From the NCBI RefSeq assembly GCF_001457595.1, contig NZ_LN831039.1:3180001-3212000 (forward strand): DNA of 32,000 nucleotides, written 5' to 3'. Origin of the DNA: Mycolicibacterium smegmatis (GTDB lineage Bacteria > Actinomycetota > Actinomycetes > Mycobacteriales > Mycobacteriaceae). A program made the position numbers and the translations under genes. Every line of letters begins with the position of its first letter. Positions within the stretch are counted from its first letter, which is position 1. The notes under the pieces are model-generated. The model did no database searches. It saw only the letters and a list, made by a program, of their open reading frames with translations, and had not been told where the DNA came from. This document shows positions 20,775 through 32,000 of this stretch, piece after piece.

Positions 20775-21713
20775 GTGCGCCTCGTCTTTGCCGGAACCCC
20801 CGAACCCGCGTTGCCGTCGCTGCGCCGGCTGATCGAATCCCCACGTCACGATGTGGTGGCAGTGCTGACGCGGCCTGACGCGGCCGCCGGGCGGCGCGGT
20901 AAACCCCGGCCCTCGCCCGTGGCCCAGCTGGCGCTCGAACACGGCATCCCGCTGCTGCGCCCGGACCGGCCCAACAGCGACGAGTTCGTCGCCGAGCTCA
21001 CCGAGCTCGCGCCGGACTGCTGCGCGGTGGTGGCCTACGGGGCGTTGTTGAGCCAACGGCTGCTCGCCGTGCCGCGCCACGGCTGGATCAACCTGCACTT
21101 CTCGCTGCTGCCCGCATGGCGCGGCGCGGCCCCGGTGCAGGCCGCGATCGCCGCGGGTGACACCGTGACCGGCGCGACGACCTTCCAGATCGAGCCCGCG
21201 CTGGATTCCGGGCCGGTGTACGGCGTGGTGACCGAGACCGTGCGCGACACCGACACCGCCGGTGATCTCCTTGAGCGCCTTTCGGATTCGGGTGCCGAGC
21301 TGTTGGAGCGCACGATCGACGGCATCGCCGACGGGTCACTGACCGCGGTGCCACAACCGTCCGAGGGCATCACCGTCGCACCCAAGATCACCGTCGAATC
21401 GGCGCGTGTGCGCTGGGATCTGCCCGCACATGTCGTCGACCGGCGCATCCGTGCGGTCACCCCCAACCCTGGCGCGTGGACCATGATCGGTGAGCTGCGG
21501 GTCAAGGTGGGGCCGGTCACGGTCGACCAGGCTGCCGAGGCCGACGGGCCGCTGGCTCCCGGTGAGATCCGCGTGGGCCGCAACAGTGTTCACGTCGGCA
21601 CCGGCTCGCATCCGGTGCGGCTGGGGCAGATCCAACCGCCGGGCAAGAAGCTCATGAACGCCGCGGACTGGGCCCGCGGCGCCCGCCTCGAAGAACCCGT
21701 GAGTGCCTCGTGA
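20775..21713 (+). CDS. fmt: Methionyl-tRNA formyltransferase
   Basis: 312 aa. [11 protein letters not shown]-terminus. Catalytic block [15 protein letters not shown]. Confidence 0.95.
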
Positions 21714-23104
21714 AACCCAACCACCCGCCGCGCAAACGTCCGCCGCGCCGCAAGCCGCTCGACCCGGCCCGGCGCGTCGCGTTCGACGTGCTGCGCGCGG
21801 TCTCCGAGCGCGACGCGTACGCCAATCTCGCGCTGCCCGCCATGCTCCGCGAGCGGGGGATCGACGGCCGTGACGCCGCGTTCGCCACCGAATTGACCTA
21901 CGGAGCGTGCCGCAGCCTGGGCCTGCTCGACGCGGTCATCGAGCGTGCCGCCGGACGGCCGACCGACCGCATCGACCCGGTGCTGCTGGACCTGCTGCGG
22001 CTGGGCACCTATCAACTGCTGCGCACACGCGTCGAACCACACGCCGCGGTGTCGACCACGGTGGAACAGGCCGGTATCGAATTCGATTCGGCGCGAGCCG
22101 GATTCGTCAACGGGGTGTTGCGCACCATCTCGGGTCGCGACGAGCAGGCCTGGATCGCCGAGCTGGCGCCGTCGGCAGAAACCGATCCGGTGGGCCACAC
22201 GGCCTTCGTACACGCCCACCCGCGCTGGATCGCGCAGGCGTTCACCGACGCCCTCGGCGCGGCGGCAGGCGAACTCGACGCGCTGCTCGCCAGCGACGAC
22301 GCGCGCCCTGTCGTGCATCTGGCCGCCCGTCCCACCGCGATCACCGCCGAGGAACTCGCCGAGCAGGCCGGCGGCACCGTCGGCCGGTACTCGCCGTACG
22401 CGGTGTACCTGACCGGCGGGGACCCGGGCCGGGTGCCCGCGGTGCGCGACGGCGCGGCCCAGGTGCAGGACGAGGGCAGCCAGCTGGTGGCGCGTGCGCT
22501 CACACTCGCCGAGGTCGACGGCACCGACGAGGGGCGGTGGCTGGACCTGTGCTCGGGGCCGGGCGGCAAAACCGCGCTGCTCGCGTCGATCGGGGCAGCC
22601 TCGGGTGCCCGCGTCACCGCGGTGGAACCCGCCGAACGACGCGCCGACCTGGTCGAGGAGAACACCAGGGGCCTCGGTGTCGAGGTGCACCGCGTCGACG
22701 GCCGCGAATCCGGACTCCAACCCGGCTTCGACCGGGTACTGGTCGACGCGCCGTGCACCGGACTGGGCGCGCTGCGGCGGCGCCCCGAGTCACGGTGGCG
22801 GCGCCAACCCGGCGACGTCGCGGCGCTGACCCGGCTGCAGCGCGAACTGCTGGCCGCGGCGATCCGGCTGACCCGGCCCGGCGGGGTGGTGCTGTACGCG
22901 ACGTGTTCACCGCATCTGGCCGAAACGGTCGGCGTCGTTGCCGACGCGATCCGCAGGCATCCGGTGACCGCCATGGACACCCGGCCGTTGTTCGCTCCGG
23001 TGGATGATCTGGGCGCCGGGCCGCACGTTCAGCTGTGGCCGCACCGGCACGGCACCGACGCGATGTTCGCCGCGGCCCTGCGGGTCGATCCCGACGTGCG
23101 GTGA
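21710..23104 (+). CDS. rsmB: 16S rRNA (cytosine-C5) methyltransferase, Sun/Fmu family
   Basis: The GTG overlaps the fmt stop. 464 aa. NusB-like N-terminal domain. SAM site [10 protein letters not shown]. Catalytic PC (DAPCTGLG) and TC (YATCS) motifs. Confidence 0.9.
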
Positions 23105-23136
23105 GGATCGCCGGAAGCACACCGCGGCTGCGTTGT

Positions 23137-23142
23137 TAGGCT
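23137..23142 (+). promoter_or_regulatory. Candidate -10 hexamer TAGGCT, 7 nt upstream of the rpe ATG (leaderless transcript)
   Basis: TAGGCT-gacgtgc-ATG. No SD. Confidence 0.4.
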
Positions 23143-23149
23143 GACGTGC

Positions 23150-23827
23150 ATGGCAGAACCCCTGATTGCGCCGTCGATTCTCGCCGCGGATTTCGCGCGG
23201 CTGGCCGACGAGGTGGCGGCGGTCGGTGATGCCGACTGGCTGCACGTCGACGTGATGGACAACCATTTCGTGCCCAACCTCACGCTCGGGCTTCCGGTGG
23301 TCGAATCGTTGCTCAAGGTGACCGACACCCCGATGGACTGCCATCTGATGATCGAGAATCCCGAGCGGTGGGCGCCCGGCTACGCCGAGGCGGGCGCTTA
23401 CAACGTGACGTTCCACGCCGAGGCCACCGACAACCCGATCGCGGTGGCCCGTGACATCCGGGCGGCGGGCGCCAAGGCCGGTCTGTCGGTCAAGCCGGGT
23501 ACCCCGCTGGAGCCCTACCTGGAGATCCTCCGCGAGTTCGACACCCTGCTGGTGATGTCGGTCGAGCCCGGTTTCGGCGGGCAGAAGTTCATCCCCGAGG
23601 TGCTGGCGAAGGTGGCCACCGCGCGTCGCCTGGTCGATTCGGGTGAGCTGACCGTGGTCGTCGAGATCGACGGCGGGATCAACGCCGACACCATCGAGCA
23701 GGCCGCCGAGGCCGGTGTGGACTGTTTCGTCGCCGGGTCGGCGGTGTACAGCGCCGAGGATCCCGCCGCGGCGGTGGAGGCCCTGCGCAGGCAGGCGGCC
23801 GGAGCCTCGAAGCACCTGTCGTTGTGA
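23150..23827 (+). CDS. rpe: Ribulose-phosphate 3-epimerase
   Basis: 225 aa. [10 protein letters not shown] and [12 protein letters not shown] motifs. Confidence 0.95.
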   Translation: MAEPLIAPSILAADFARLADEVAAVGDADWLHVDVMDNHFVPNLTLGLPVVESLLKVTDTPMDCHLMIENPERWAPGYAEAGAYNVTFHAEATDNPIAVARDIRAAGAKAGLSVKPGTPLEPYLEILREFDTLLVMSVEPGFGGQKFIPEVLAKVATARRLVDSGELTVVVEIDGGINADTIEQAAEAGVDCFVAGSAVYSAEDPAAAVEALRRQAAGASKHLSL

Positions 23828-24831
23828 GCATCTCGGTCGAGGCCGCGATGCGGCTCGCCATCGATCAGGCCGAACAGGTCAAGGGCGCGACCTACCCCAA
23901 TCCTCCTGTCGGAGCGGTGATCCTCGATCGCGACGGCCAGGTCGCAGGCGTCGGGGGCACACAGCCCACGGGCGGACCGCACGCCGAGGTCATGGCGTTG
24001 CGGGCGGCCGCCGAGCGCGCCGAGGGCGGTACCGCGGTGGTGACCCTGGAACCCTGCAACCATCACGGCCGCACCCCGCCGTGTGTGGACGGCCTTGTCG
24101 CAGCAGGTATCTCGCGTGTGGTGTATGCGGTTGCCGACCCCAACCCGGTGGCCGCGGGCGGGTCGGCGCGCATGGCCTCCTCGGGCATCGAGGTCACCTC
24201 GGGTGTCTTGTCCGACGAGGTCGCCGGCGGGCCGCTGCGTGAGTGGCTGCACAAGCAGCGCACCGGATTGCCCCATGTCACATGGAAATTCGCGACCAGC
24301 GTGGACGGCCGCAGCGCCGCCGCCGACGGGTCCAGCCAGTGGATCACCAGCGCGGCCGCGCGGGCGGACGTGCACCGCAGACGCGCGGCGGCCGACGCCA
24401 TCGTGGTGGGCACCGGAACGGTCTTCGTCGACGATCCGTCGTTGACCGCGCGGTTGCCCGACGGCACCCTCGCCGACCGTCAACCGTTGCGTGTCGTCGT
24501 CGGACGACGCGAGGTGTCCTCGGATGCCAACGTGCTCAACGACGATTCGCGCACCATGGTGATCCGCACGCACGATCCGCACGAGGTGCTCCGTGCGCTG
24601 TCGGATCGCACCGACATCATGCTCGAGGGCGGCCCGACGCTGGCCGGTGCGTTCCTGCGCGCGGGCGTGGTGAACCGCATCCTGGCGTATGTGGCGCCGA
24701 TCCTGCTCGGGGGACCGATCACCGCGGTCGACGACGTCGGCGTGCCCAGCATCGCGCACGCGCAGCGGTGGCGGTTCGACTGTGTCCAGACCATCGGTCC
24801 GGACGTCCTGATGAGCCTGGTCCCCAACTGA
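23824..24831 (+). CDS. ribD: Bifunctional riboflavin-biosynthesis pyrimidine deaminase / uracil reductase
   Basis: The GTG overlaps the rpe stop. 335 aa. CMP/dCMP-type zinc site HAEVMAL...[11 protein letters not shown], then a RibD C-terminal reductase domain. Confidence 0.9.
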   Translation: MSISVEAAMRLAIDQAEQVKGATYPNPPVGAVILDRDGQVAGVGGTQPTGGPHAEVMALRAAAERAEGGTAVVTLEPCNHHGRTPPCVDGLVAAGISRVVYAVADPNPVAAGGSARMASSGIEVTSGVLSDEVAGGPLREWLHKQRTGLPHVTWKFATSVDGRSAAADGSSQWITSAAARADVHRRRAAADAIVVGTGTVFVDDPSLTARLPDGTLADRQPLRVVVGRREVSSDANVLNDDSRTMVIRTHDPHEVLRALSDRTDIMLEGGPTLAGAFLRAGVVNRILAYVAPILLGGPITAVDDVGVPSIAHAQRWRFDCVQTIGPDVLMSLVPN

Positions 24832-24967
24832 GGGCGACCGCGTTCGAGTTAACTGCCTCACGCGGGCCCATCGGACAGCGTCGACCATGCCCTGTTCTCG
24901 GTACACTCGTACCAGACGCGCGTTCACTGCCGTATGCGCCAGATGAACACGAGCAAAGGACACGAGC

Positions 24968-25153
24968 GTGACCACATTTCAGGGCTGGCTCAACGTCTCT
25001 CCATCAACTCCCAACGCCATCGTCGGCACCATCCGGGCCGTCGTGTGCGCGCCGCTGCGGGTTGTGCTGCCCGCGCGCGGCACCGACGCACCACCGCAGT
25101 CGCAGGCGCCCCAGACACCACGGCGCCTGCAGCCCGGCCTCGAACGCTGCTGA
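24968..25153 (+). CDS. Candidate 61-aa small protein of unknown function (tentative)
   Basis: GTG 7 nt after AAAGGA. Hand-counted GC by codon position is 72/61/80% (pos 1/2/3), a coding-like ordering. No recognisable family. A hairpin that could terminate P55 lies inside it. Confidence 0.25.
   Translation: MTTFQGWLNVSPSTPNAIVGTIRAVVCAPLRVVLPARGTDAPPQSQAPQTPRRLQPGLERC
25102..25130. terminator. Hairpin in the ribD/P55 convergent gap
   Basis: GCAGGCGCC (25102-25110) / GGCGCCTGC (25122-25130): 9-bp stem with an 11-nt loop, 36 nt downstream of the P55 stop on the - strand. Confidence 0.3.
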
Positions 25154-25165
25154 GAGTTCCCCGCG

Positions 25166-26866
25166 TCAGGGCGCCCGGTGGCGCCCCGGCCGCTCGTCGC
25201 CCGGGTCCGACGGCGGTGCGGAGAGCACCTGTGTCGGCAGATCCAGCATCTCGGTGGGGGCATCGTCGGCATCGCCTGCGTCGTACGGGTCGATGGCGCC
25301 GCCTCCGCCGTACGTGGGGGCGTACGCCGGTTCGAACTCCTCGGCGTGCTCGTGCTTGCCGCTGATCAGCAGGCCCAGCAGGGCGCCGATGACACACACC
25401 ACCGCAGCGCTCAGGAAGATGTCGCCGTACATCATCACGTAGGCCTCGCGGTAGCGCACGGCCTGCGCGGTGAGCCGCTCGGCCAGTGACATCGGGCTGC
25501 CGGCGTCTCCGGCCGCGCGTGCCGCCAGCGTCGCGAGGTGCTGGTTAAACCGGTAGAAGCCCCACGCGCCCAGCGCGGCGATGCCGATCAGCATGCCGAT
25601 CATGCGGGCCACCACCACGGCCGCCGACGCGATGCCGTGCTCGGCCGCGGGCACGGCCCGCAGCGTCGCCGAGGTCAGCGGACCGATCACCAGGCCGAGG
25701 CCCAGGCCCACGATCGCCAGGTCGGTGTCGAGGACCGGGAGCGTGAACAGCCCCAGGTTGTGACGATCGGCCAGGACATCGACGCTCCAGTGCGAGATCA
25801 GCACGAACCCGCCCGCGGCGATGAGCAGACCGATGAGCACCACGAGCCGGTCACCGATCCGGGTGGCCAGCCAGCCGCCGATCAGGGCGCCGATGGGCAG
25901 CGCGATGAGGAACCGCAGCAGCAGGAACGCCGCGTGGTCCTGATCCTGGCCGAGCACGCCCTGGCCGAACAGCTCCACGTTGACCAGCGTCACCATGAGC
26001 GCCGCGCCTGCGCACAACGACGCCGCCAGCGCGGCCAAGAACGGCCGGAACCGCACACCGGCAGGGTCGATCAGCCGGGTCTTGGCGACCTTCTCCCACG
26101 CGAAGAACGCGACGGCCGCGACGAGCGCGCCCGCGAGCACGGGAAGCCCCCAGCTGGGCAGCACCTGCTTGCCGTCGGGTTCGGGGTTGTAGAGACCCAC
26201 GACGGTCAGGCCGAGGGCGATCGCGAGCAGCACACCGCCGATGACGTCGACCCGCTCGGGCTCGTCGACCTGTTGTCTTGCGGGCAGGCTGAAGTGGATC
26301 ATCACCATCGCGATGACGGCCAGCGGCACGTTGACCCAGAACACGGCCTGCCAGTGGTTGAACAGCCAGACCAGCGCGATGCCGTACATGGGACCCAGCA
26401 CGGCGCCGAGTTCCTGCGCGGCGCCGACCCCGCCGAGCACCGAGGCCCGGCTGCGGGCCGACCACAGGTCGGCCGCGAGTGCCAGCGTCACCGGCAGCAG
26501 GGCGCCGCTCGCGGAGCCCTGGATGATGCGTCCGATCACCAGCATCGTCAGGTCACTCGACAGCGCGGTGACCACCGAGCCCACCGCGAAGCCCGCCAGG
26601 CCCACCTGGATGAGCATCTTGCGGCCGAAGCGGTCCGACGCGCGGCCCAGCAGCGGCATCGCGGCGATGTAGCCGAGCAGATACCCCGTGATGATGGGTG
26701 TGACCTGCTGGATCTGGTTTATCGCGATGCCGACGTCGGCCATGATGTCGACGATGATCGTGATCACCACGTAGGTGTCGAGCGCGCCGAGCAGCACCGC
26801 CAGGCTGCCCGCGCTGATCGCGATGTTGCGGTTGCCCCGGGAACTCACCGCAGTCCCGCCCGGCAT
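25166..26866 (-). CDS. MFS transporter, P55 (Rv1410c)-like, 14-TM drug/lipid efflux type
   Basis: 566 aa. N-terminus ...[20 protein letters not shown]...[21 protein letters not shown] closely resembles my memory of mycobacterial P55. Its start shares one base with the lprG stop (TGATG). Confidence 0.9.
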   Translation of the reverse strand: MPGGTAVSSRGNRNIAISAGSLAVLLGALDTYVVITIIVDIMADVGIAINQIQQVTPIITGYLLGYIAAMPLLGRASDRFGRKMLIQVGLAGFAVGSVVTALSSDLTMLVIGRIIQGSASGALLPVTLALAADLWSARSRASVLGGVGAAQELGAVLGPMYGIALVWLFNHWQAVFWVNVPLAVIAMVMIHFSLPARQQVDEPERVDVIGGVLLAIALGLTVVGLYNPEPDGKQVLPSWGLPVLAGALVAAVAFFAWEKVAKTRLIDPAGVRFRPFLAALAASLCAGAALMVTLVNVELFGQGVLGQDQDHAAFLLLRFLIALPIGALIGGWLATRIGDRLVVLIGLLIAAGGFVLISHWSVDVLADRHNLGLFTLPVLDTDLAIVGLGLGLVIGPLTSATLRAVPAAEHGIASAAVVVARMIGMLIGIAALGAWGFYRFNQHLATLAARAAGDAGSPMSLAERLTAQAVRYREAYVMMYGDIFLSAAVVCVIGALLGLLISGKHEHAEEFEPAYAPTYGGGGAIDPYDAGDADDAPTEMLDLPTQVLSAPPSDPGDERPGRHRAP

Positions 26867-27576
26867 CAGGCCGCGGGCTTGGTGACGTTGACCTGCTTAC
26901 CCCAGTCCGAGAGCGTCATCGTGACGCTGTTGCCCGGCGTGGGCTCCAGCTGGGCCTGCAGCAGCGTGTGATCGTCCTCGGTGATCCACGCGGTGCCGGG
27001 CACCGGGCCGTCGGCCTTGAGCGCCGGTGCGATCTTGTTGACCGCGTCGGCGCTGACGTTGCCCTTCACGCGGACCGCCTCGGTGCCGTTGATCGACTCG
27101 CGGCCGTCGGCCGTGGCGTCGGAGAAGTTGGCCAGCACGTTGGCCAGGCCCGTGTCGGGGTTCAGGATCGCCGACACGTCGTAGATGTTGGCCGCGGCAC
27201 CGTAGTTCGACAGCGGATCGCCGGGCGTCAGCGCCGCGTAGAGATTGCCGTCGGCGATCACGAACTTCGCGTCGGCGATCTTCTGGCCGAACGCGATCAG
27301 GTCGGCGGTGCCCTCCGCGGCCACGGCAGGCGCGTTGGTCAGGTCGCCGTCGAGCTTCTCCACGGGCAGCCCGTCGACCTTGCCCTGCACCGTCAGCAGC
27401 AGGTGCACGCTCTGCTGCGTCTTGGTCTTCGACGCCGACTCCTGGAGCAGCGCGGCACCGTCGGGAAGCGGTGCGTCGGAGGTCTCCGATGACGACGAAC
27501 ACCCGGCGACCAGCGCAGCAGCGGTGGCAAGGATGGCGAACAAGGACTGGACTGCGAAGCGTGGGCGCGTCTGCAT
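26866..27576 (-). CDS. lprG: Lipoprotein LprG (lipid-binding, LppX/LprAFG family)
   Basis: 236 aa. Signal peptide with lipobox LVAGC. Upstream of and coupled to the P55-like gene, as in the conserved lprG-Rv1410c operon. Confidence 0.9.
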   Translation of the reverse strand: MQTRPRFAVQSLFAILATAAALVAGCSSSSETSDAPLPDGAALLQESASKTKTQQSVHLLLTVQGKVDGLPVEKLDGDLTNAPAVAAEGTADLIAFGQKIADAKFVIADGNLYAALTPGDPLSNYGAAANIYDVSAILNPDTGLANVLANFSDATADGRESINGTEAVRVKGNVSADAVNKIAPALKADGPVPGTAWITEDDHTLLQAQLEPTPGNSVTMTLSDWGKQVNVTKPAA

Positions 27577-27582
27577 AACTGC

Positions 27583-27588
27583 ATCGTA
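27583..27588 (-). promoter_or_regulatory. Candidate -10 hexamer TACGAT, 6 nt upstream of the lprG ATG (leaderless transcript)
   Basis: The minus strand reads TACGAT-gcagtt-ATG. No SD. Confidence 0.4.
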
Positions 27589-27635
27589 GAGGCTCGCCCA
27601 GACGAACTGCTTTCTCCAACGGTCCGCCGACTGAA

Positions 27636-27641
27636 TACTCT
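27636..27641 (+). promoter_or_regulatory. Candidate -10 hexamer TACTCT, 6 nt upstream of the ribE GTG (leaderless transcript)
   Basis: TACTCT-ggtcgc-GTG. No SD. Confidence 0.4.
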
Positions 27642-27647
27642 GGTCGC

Positions 27648-28247
27648 GTGTTCACCGGAATCGTTGAAGAACTGGGCGTACTGGTCGACAAGGCGGAACT
27701 GGACGACTCCGCCCGTCTGACCATCCGCGGACCCGTGGTGACGGCCGACGCCGGCCACGGTGATTCGATCGCGGTGAACGGCGTATGTCTCACGGTGGTG
27801 GACGTATTGCCCGACGGCGCGTTCACCGCCGATGTCATGGGGGAGACGCTCAACCGGTCCAGCCTGGCCGGTGTCGCCGTGGGCGACCGGGTCAACCTGG
27901 AGCGCGCCGCGGCCGTCAACAGCCGCCTCGGCGGACACATCGTGCAGGGCCATGTCGACGGCACCGGAAGTGTGATTTCGCGCACGCCGCACGAGCACTG
28001 GGAGGTGGTGCGCATCGCGCTGCCGCCCGCGCTCTCGCGGTACGTGGTGGAGAAGGGATCGATCACCGTCGACGGTGTCTCGCTGACCGTTTCTGCCATT
28101 GGTGATGACTGGTTTGAGATTTCGTTGATCCCGACCACTCGCGAGCTGACCACGCTCGGGACGGCGCCGGTGGGCACGACGGTGAACCTGGAAGTGGACG
28201 TCATCGCGAAATACGTTGAGCGGCTGATGTCGGGTACGGGTCGGTAA
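27648..28247 (+). CDS. ribE: Riboflavin synthase alpha chain
   Basis: 199 aa. Canonical MFTGIVEELG N-terminus. Internal duplication of lumazine-binding halves (GDSIAVNGVCLTV / GSITVDGVSLTV). Confidence 0.92.
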   Translation: MFTGIVEELGVLVDKAELDDSARLTIRGPVVTADAGHGDSIAVNGVCLTVVDVLPDGAFTADVMGETLNRSSLAGVAVGDRVNLERAAAVNSRLGGHIVQGHVDGTGSVISRTPHEHWEVVRIALPPALSRYVVEKGSITVDGVSLTVSAIGDDWFEISLIPTTRELTTLGTAPVGTTVNLEVDVIAKYVERLMSGTGR

Positions 28248-28367
28248 GAGCTGGTGTAACGGCGCGTTTCCGGTGGTTCATACTGGAGTCGGCAGCGCGG
28301 ACTTCCCGTCGGAACTGGCGTCGGTTTTCCGCCCTCGAAAAGGCAAGAAACAGGCAAGGTGGCGATT

Positions 28368-30630
<2,263 letters not shown>

Positions 30631-30645
30631 CACCTTCGGCCGGCG

Positions 30646-31128
30646 TCACCCGACGGACAGGGCCATCGCGAGTTCGCGGGCCTCGGCGACGTTGCCCGCG
30701 TCGCACACCCCGAAACCCAGATCCTCGTAGATGCTGCGTGCCACGGTGTTGTCGGCGGCCACGCGCAGGCGGATCGTGTGCACGCGGCAGTCCCGGGCCC
30801 AGGCCACCGCGGCGCTGATCAGGCGGTGGCCGAGTCCGCAGTTGCGTGCCGAAGGATCGACCCACAGCGAATACAGGTAGATGGCGTCGGGGTTCTGGTA
30901 CTGCGCGCCGATCAGGCCGGCCACCCGCCCGTCGATCACGGCCGCGAACTGCGCGTGTTCGCACAGTCGCCTGCGCCACTGGCTCGCGGTGAACCTGGCC
31001 TCCTGGCGGTAGTGCGGGTCGTCGGCGCCCAGCGAGTCGGCCAGCGCGCGCAGCCGGATCGTCGAGAACAGCCGCCAGTCGGCGGGCGTCAACCGCATCA
31101 CATCCACGGTCACCGGAGTACCCGTCAT
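30646..31128 (-). CDS. GNAT-family N-acetyltransferase
   Basis: 160 aa. Acetyl-CoA pyrophosphate-binding motif R-N-C-G-L-G-H (WVDPSARNCGLGHRLISAA). Its ATG overlaps the upstream GGT stop (ATGA). Confidence 0.85.
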   Translation of the reverse strand: MTGTPVTVDVMRLTPADWRLFSTIRLRALADSLGADDPHYRQEARFTASQWRRRLCEHAQFAAVIDGRVAGLIGAQYQNPDAIYLYSLWVDPSARNCGLGHRLISAAVAWARDCRVHTIRLRVAADNTVARSIYEDLGFGVCDAGNVAEARELAMALSVG

Positions 31129-32000
31129 CCCGGGTCACCCATCACGAGTCCCTCCCGGCGTGGATCGGCACCGCCGATCCACCCGGATTCGGTCCGTGCG
31201 ATCGCCGACAGCCCGCTGGACTGATCGTCGAGGTTGACGTCGTGGCCCAGCCGGCGCAGTCCGCGCACGAGCGGATCGTGATCGCCGTTGTCGGACGTGT
31301 CGACGTTGGGGTGTTCGCCGCCCACGTTGGTCTTGGGGGTGTTGGCGGCCCCGAAGTCGACCATCGACACCGCCTGCTGCGGGTCGAGGCCCCAATCGAG
31401 AAGGCCGACAACGGTTTTGACGACGAACTGGATGATGACCGAGCCGCCCGGCGATCCCAGGACCGCGTACAGTGGCCCGCGTTCACCGCCGTCATGGTCG
31501 AAGATCAACGTGGGCGCCATGGTGCTGCGGGGGCGTTTGCCGGGTTCCACCCGGTTGGGGATCGGCGTGCCCTCGGGGCTGACCGGTTCGGCGGAGAAGT
31601 CGGTGAGCTGGTTGTTGAGCAGGAACCCGTCGACCATGTGGAACGAGCCGAACGCCGATTCCACGGTGGTGGTCAGCGCGGCCGCGTTGCCGAAGCTGTC
31701 GATGATGCTGACCTGGCTGGTGCCGTGTTCGCGGACCGGCGCCGCGGTGACCGGTGGTCCGAAGCTGCCCGGTTGCGCGGTGCCCATCGTGCGGTCCTCG
31801 GAGATCAGTGCGGCCCGACCGGTCAGATAGGCGCTGTCCAGCAGCGTGTTCGGGGAACCACCGGGCAGCGCGACGAAGTCGGTGTCGGCGACGTAGCGGT
31901 CCCGGTCGGCGTACGCGAGACGCTCGGCCTCCGAGATGAGGTGCACGCCCATGACCGTGGGATGTCCGCCGTTGCGGTCGAGGTCGGTGGGCCGGTGTTG
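31125..32000 (-). CDS. ggt: Gamma-glutamyltransferase, C-terminal part (N-terminus lies beyond the window end)
   Basis: The frame is open to base 32000 (I translated 31953-32000 and found no stops). Autoprocessing/catalytic Thr context EHGTSQVSIID. Small-subunit motif GSPGGSVIIQ. Confidence 0.85.
   Translation of the reverse strand, partial: QHRPTDLDRNGGHPTVMGVHLISEAERLAYADRDRYVADTDFVALPGGSPNTLLDSAYLTGRAALISEDRTMGTAQPGSFGPPVTAAPVREHGTSQVSIIDSFGNAAALTTTVESAFGSFHMVDGFLLNNQLTDFSAEPVSPEGTPIPNRVEPGKRPRSTMAPTLIFDHDGGERGPLYAVLGSPGGSVIIQFVVKTVVGLLDWGLDPQQAVSMVDFGAANTPKTNVGGEHPNVDTSDNGDHDPLVRGLRRLGHDVNLDDQSSGLSAIARTESGWIGGADPRREGLVMGDPG

Noticed and set aside
28248-28367. FMN (RFN) riboswitch upstream of ribBA. 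Also looked for upstream of ribE (27577-27647) and rpe-ribD (23105-23149).
   Set aside because: The highly conserved RFN core strings (such as GGGGCAGGGUGAAAUUCCC and GGAUGGGAGA-type segments) are absent. Two of the three spacers are far too short. The 120-nt ribE-ribBA spacer has only three direct CGTCGG/GTCGG repeats and no convincing multi-helix junction.
30646-31128. GNAT as the toxin of a GNAT/RHH-type toxin-antitoxin module.
   Set aside because: There is no small antitoxin ORF upstream or downstream. The GNAT start overlaps a ~600-aa-class GGT gene instead, and the flanks show no mobile-element context.

Overview
High-GC (~67%) actinobacterial chromosome. Gene content and order match the conserved mycobacterial core region that runs in M. 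tuberculosis from Rv1381 (pyrC) to about Rv1417. The protein sequences look like a fast-growing Mycolicibacterium, probably M. smegmatis or a close relative. Left to right on the + strand: pyrC (3' part), a small membrane protein, carA, carB, pyrF; a 1.1-kb gene-free gap; mihF, gmk, rpoZ, coaBC, metK; then a methionine ABC importer (metN, metI, metQ). A convergent HSL-type esterase follows on the - strand. Back on the + strand: a YhhN-family membrane protein, priA, a DUF2207 membrane protein, LemA, fmt, rsmB, rpe, ribD. The lprG and P55-like MFS operon lies on the - strand. Then ribE, ribBA, ribH and a second small PH-like membrane protein on the + strand, and a GGT (5' end beyond the window) plus GNAT pair on the - strand. 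Coding density is very high and many neighbours share 1-4 nt start/stop overlaps (ATGA, GTGA, TGATG). I found no rRNA, tRNA, CRISPR array, transposase, integrase or prophage signature. This is an ordinary core region, and I do not see convincing evidence of a wholly new multi-gene system. The items most worth a second look are: (1) the 1.1-kb apparently non-coding island upstream of mihF, whose mihF reading frame is oddly stop-free for about 330 codons; (2) the translationally coupled DUF2207-LemA pair; (3) a PriA whose helicase motifs I, II and VI are degenerate; (4) two PH-like membrane proteins, one coupled into the pyrimidine operon and one into the riboflavin operon; (5) a 105-nt hairpin-bearing spacer inserted between carA and carB; (6) a possible small ORF in the ribD/P55 convergent gap. 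All coordinates, motifs and counts were read by hand from the sequence. Family assignments rest on recognised motifs and remembered synteny, not on database searches.
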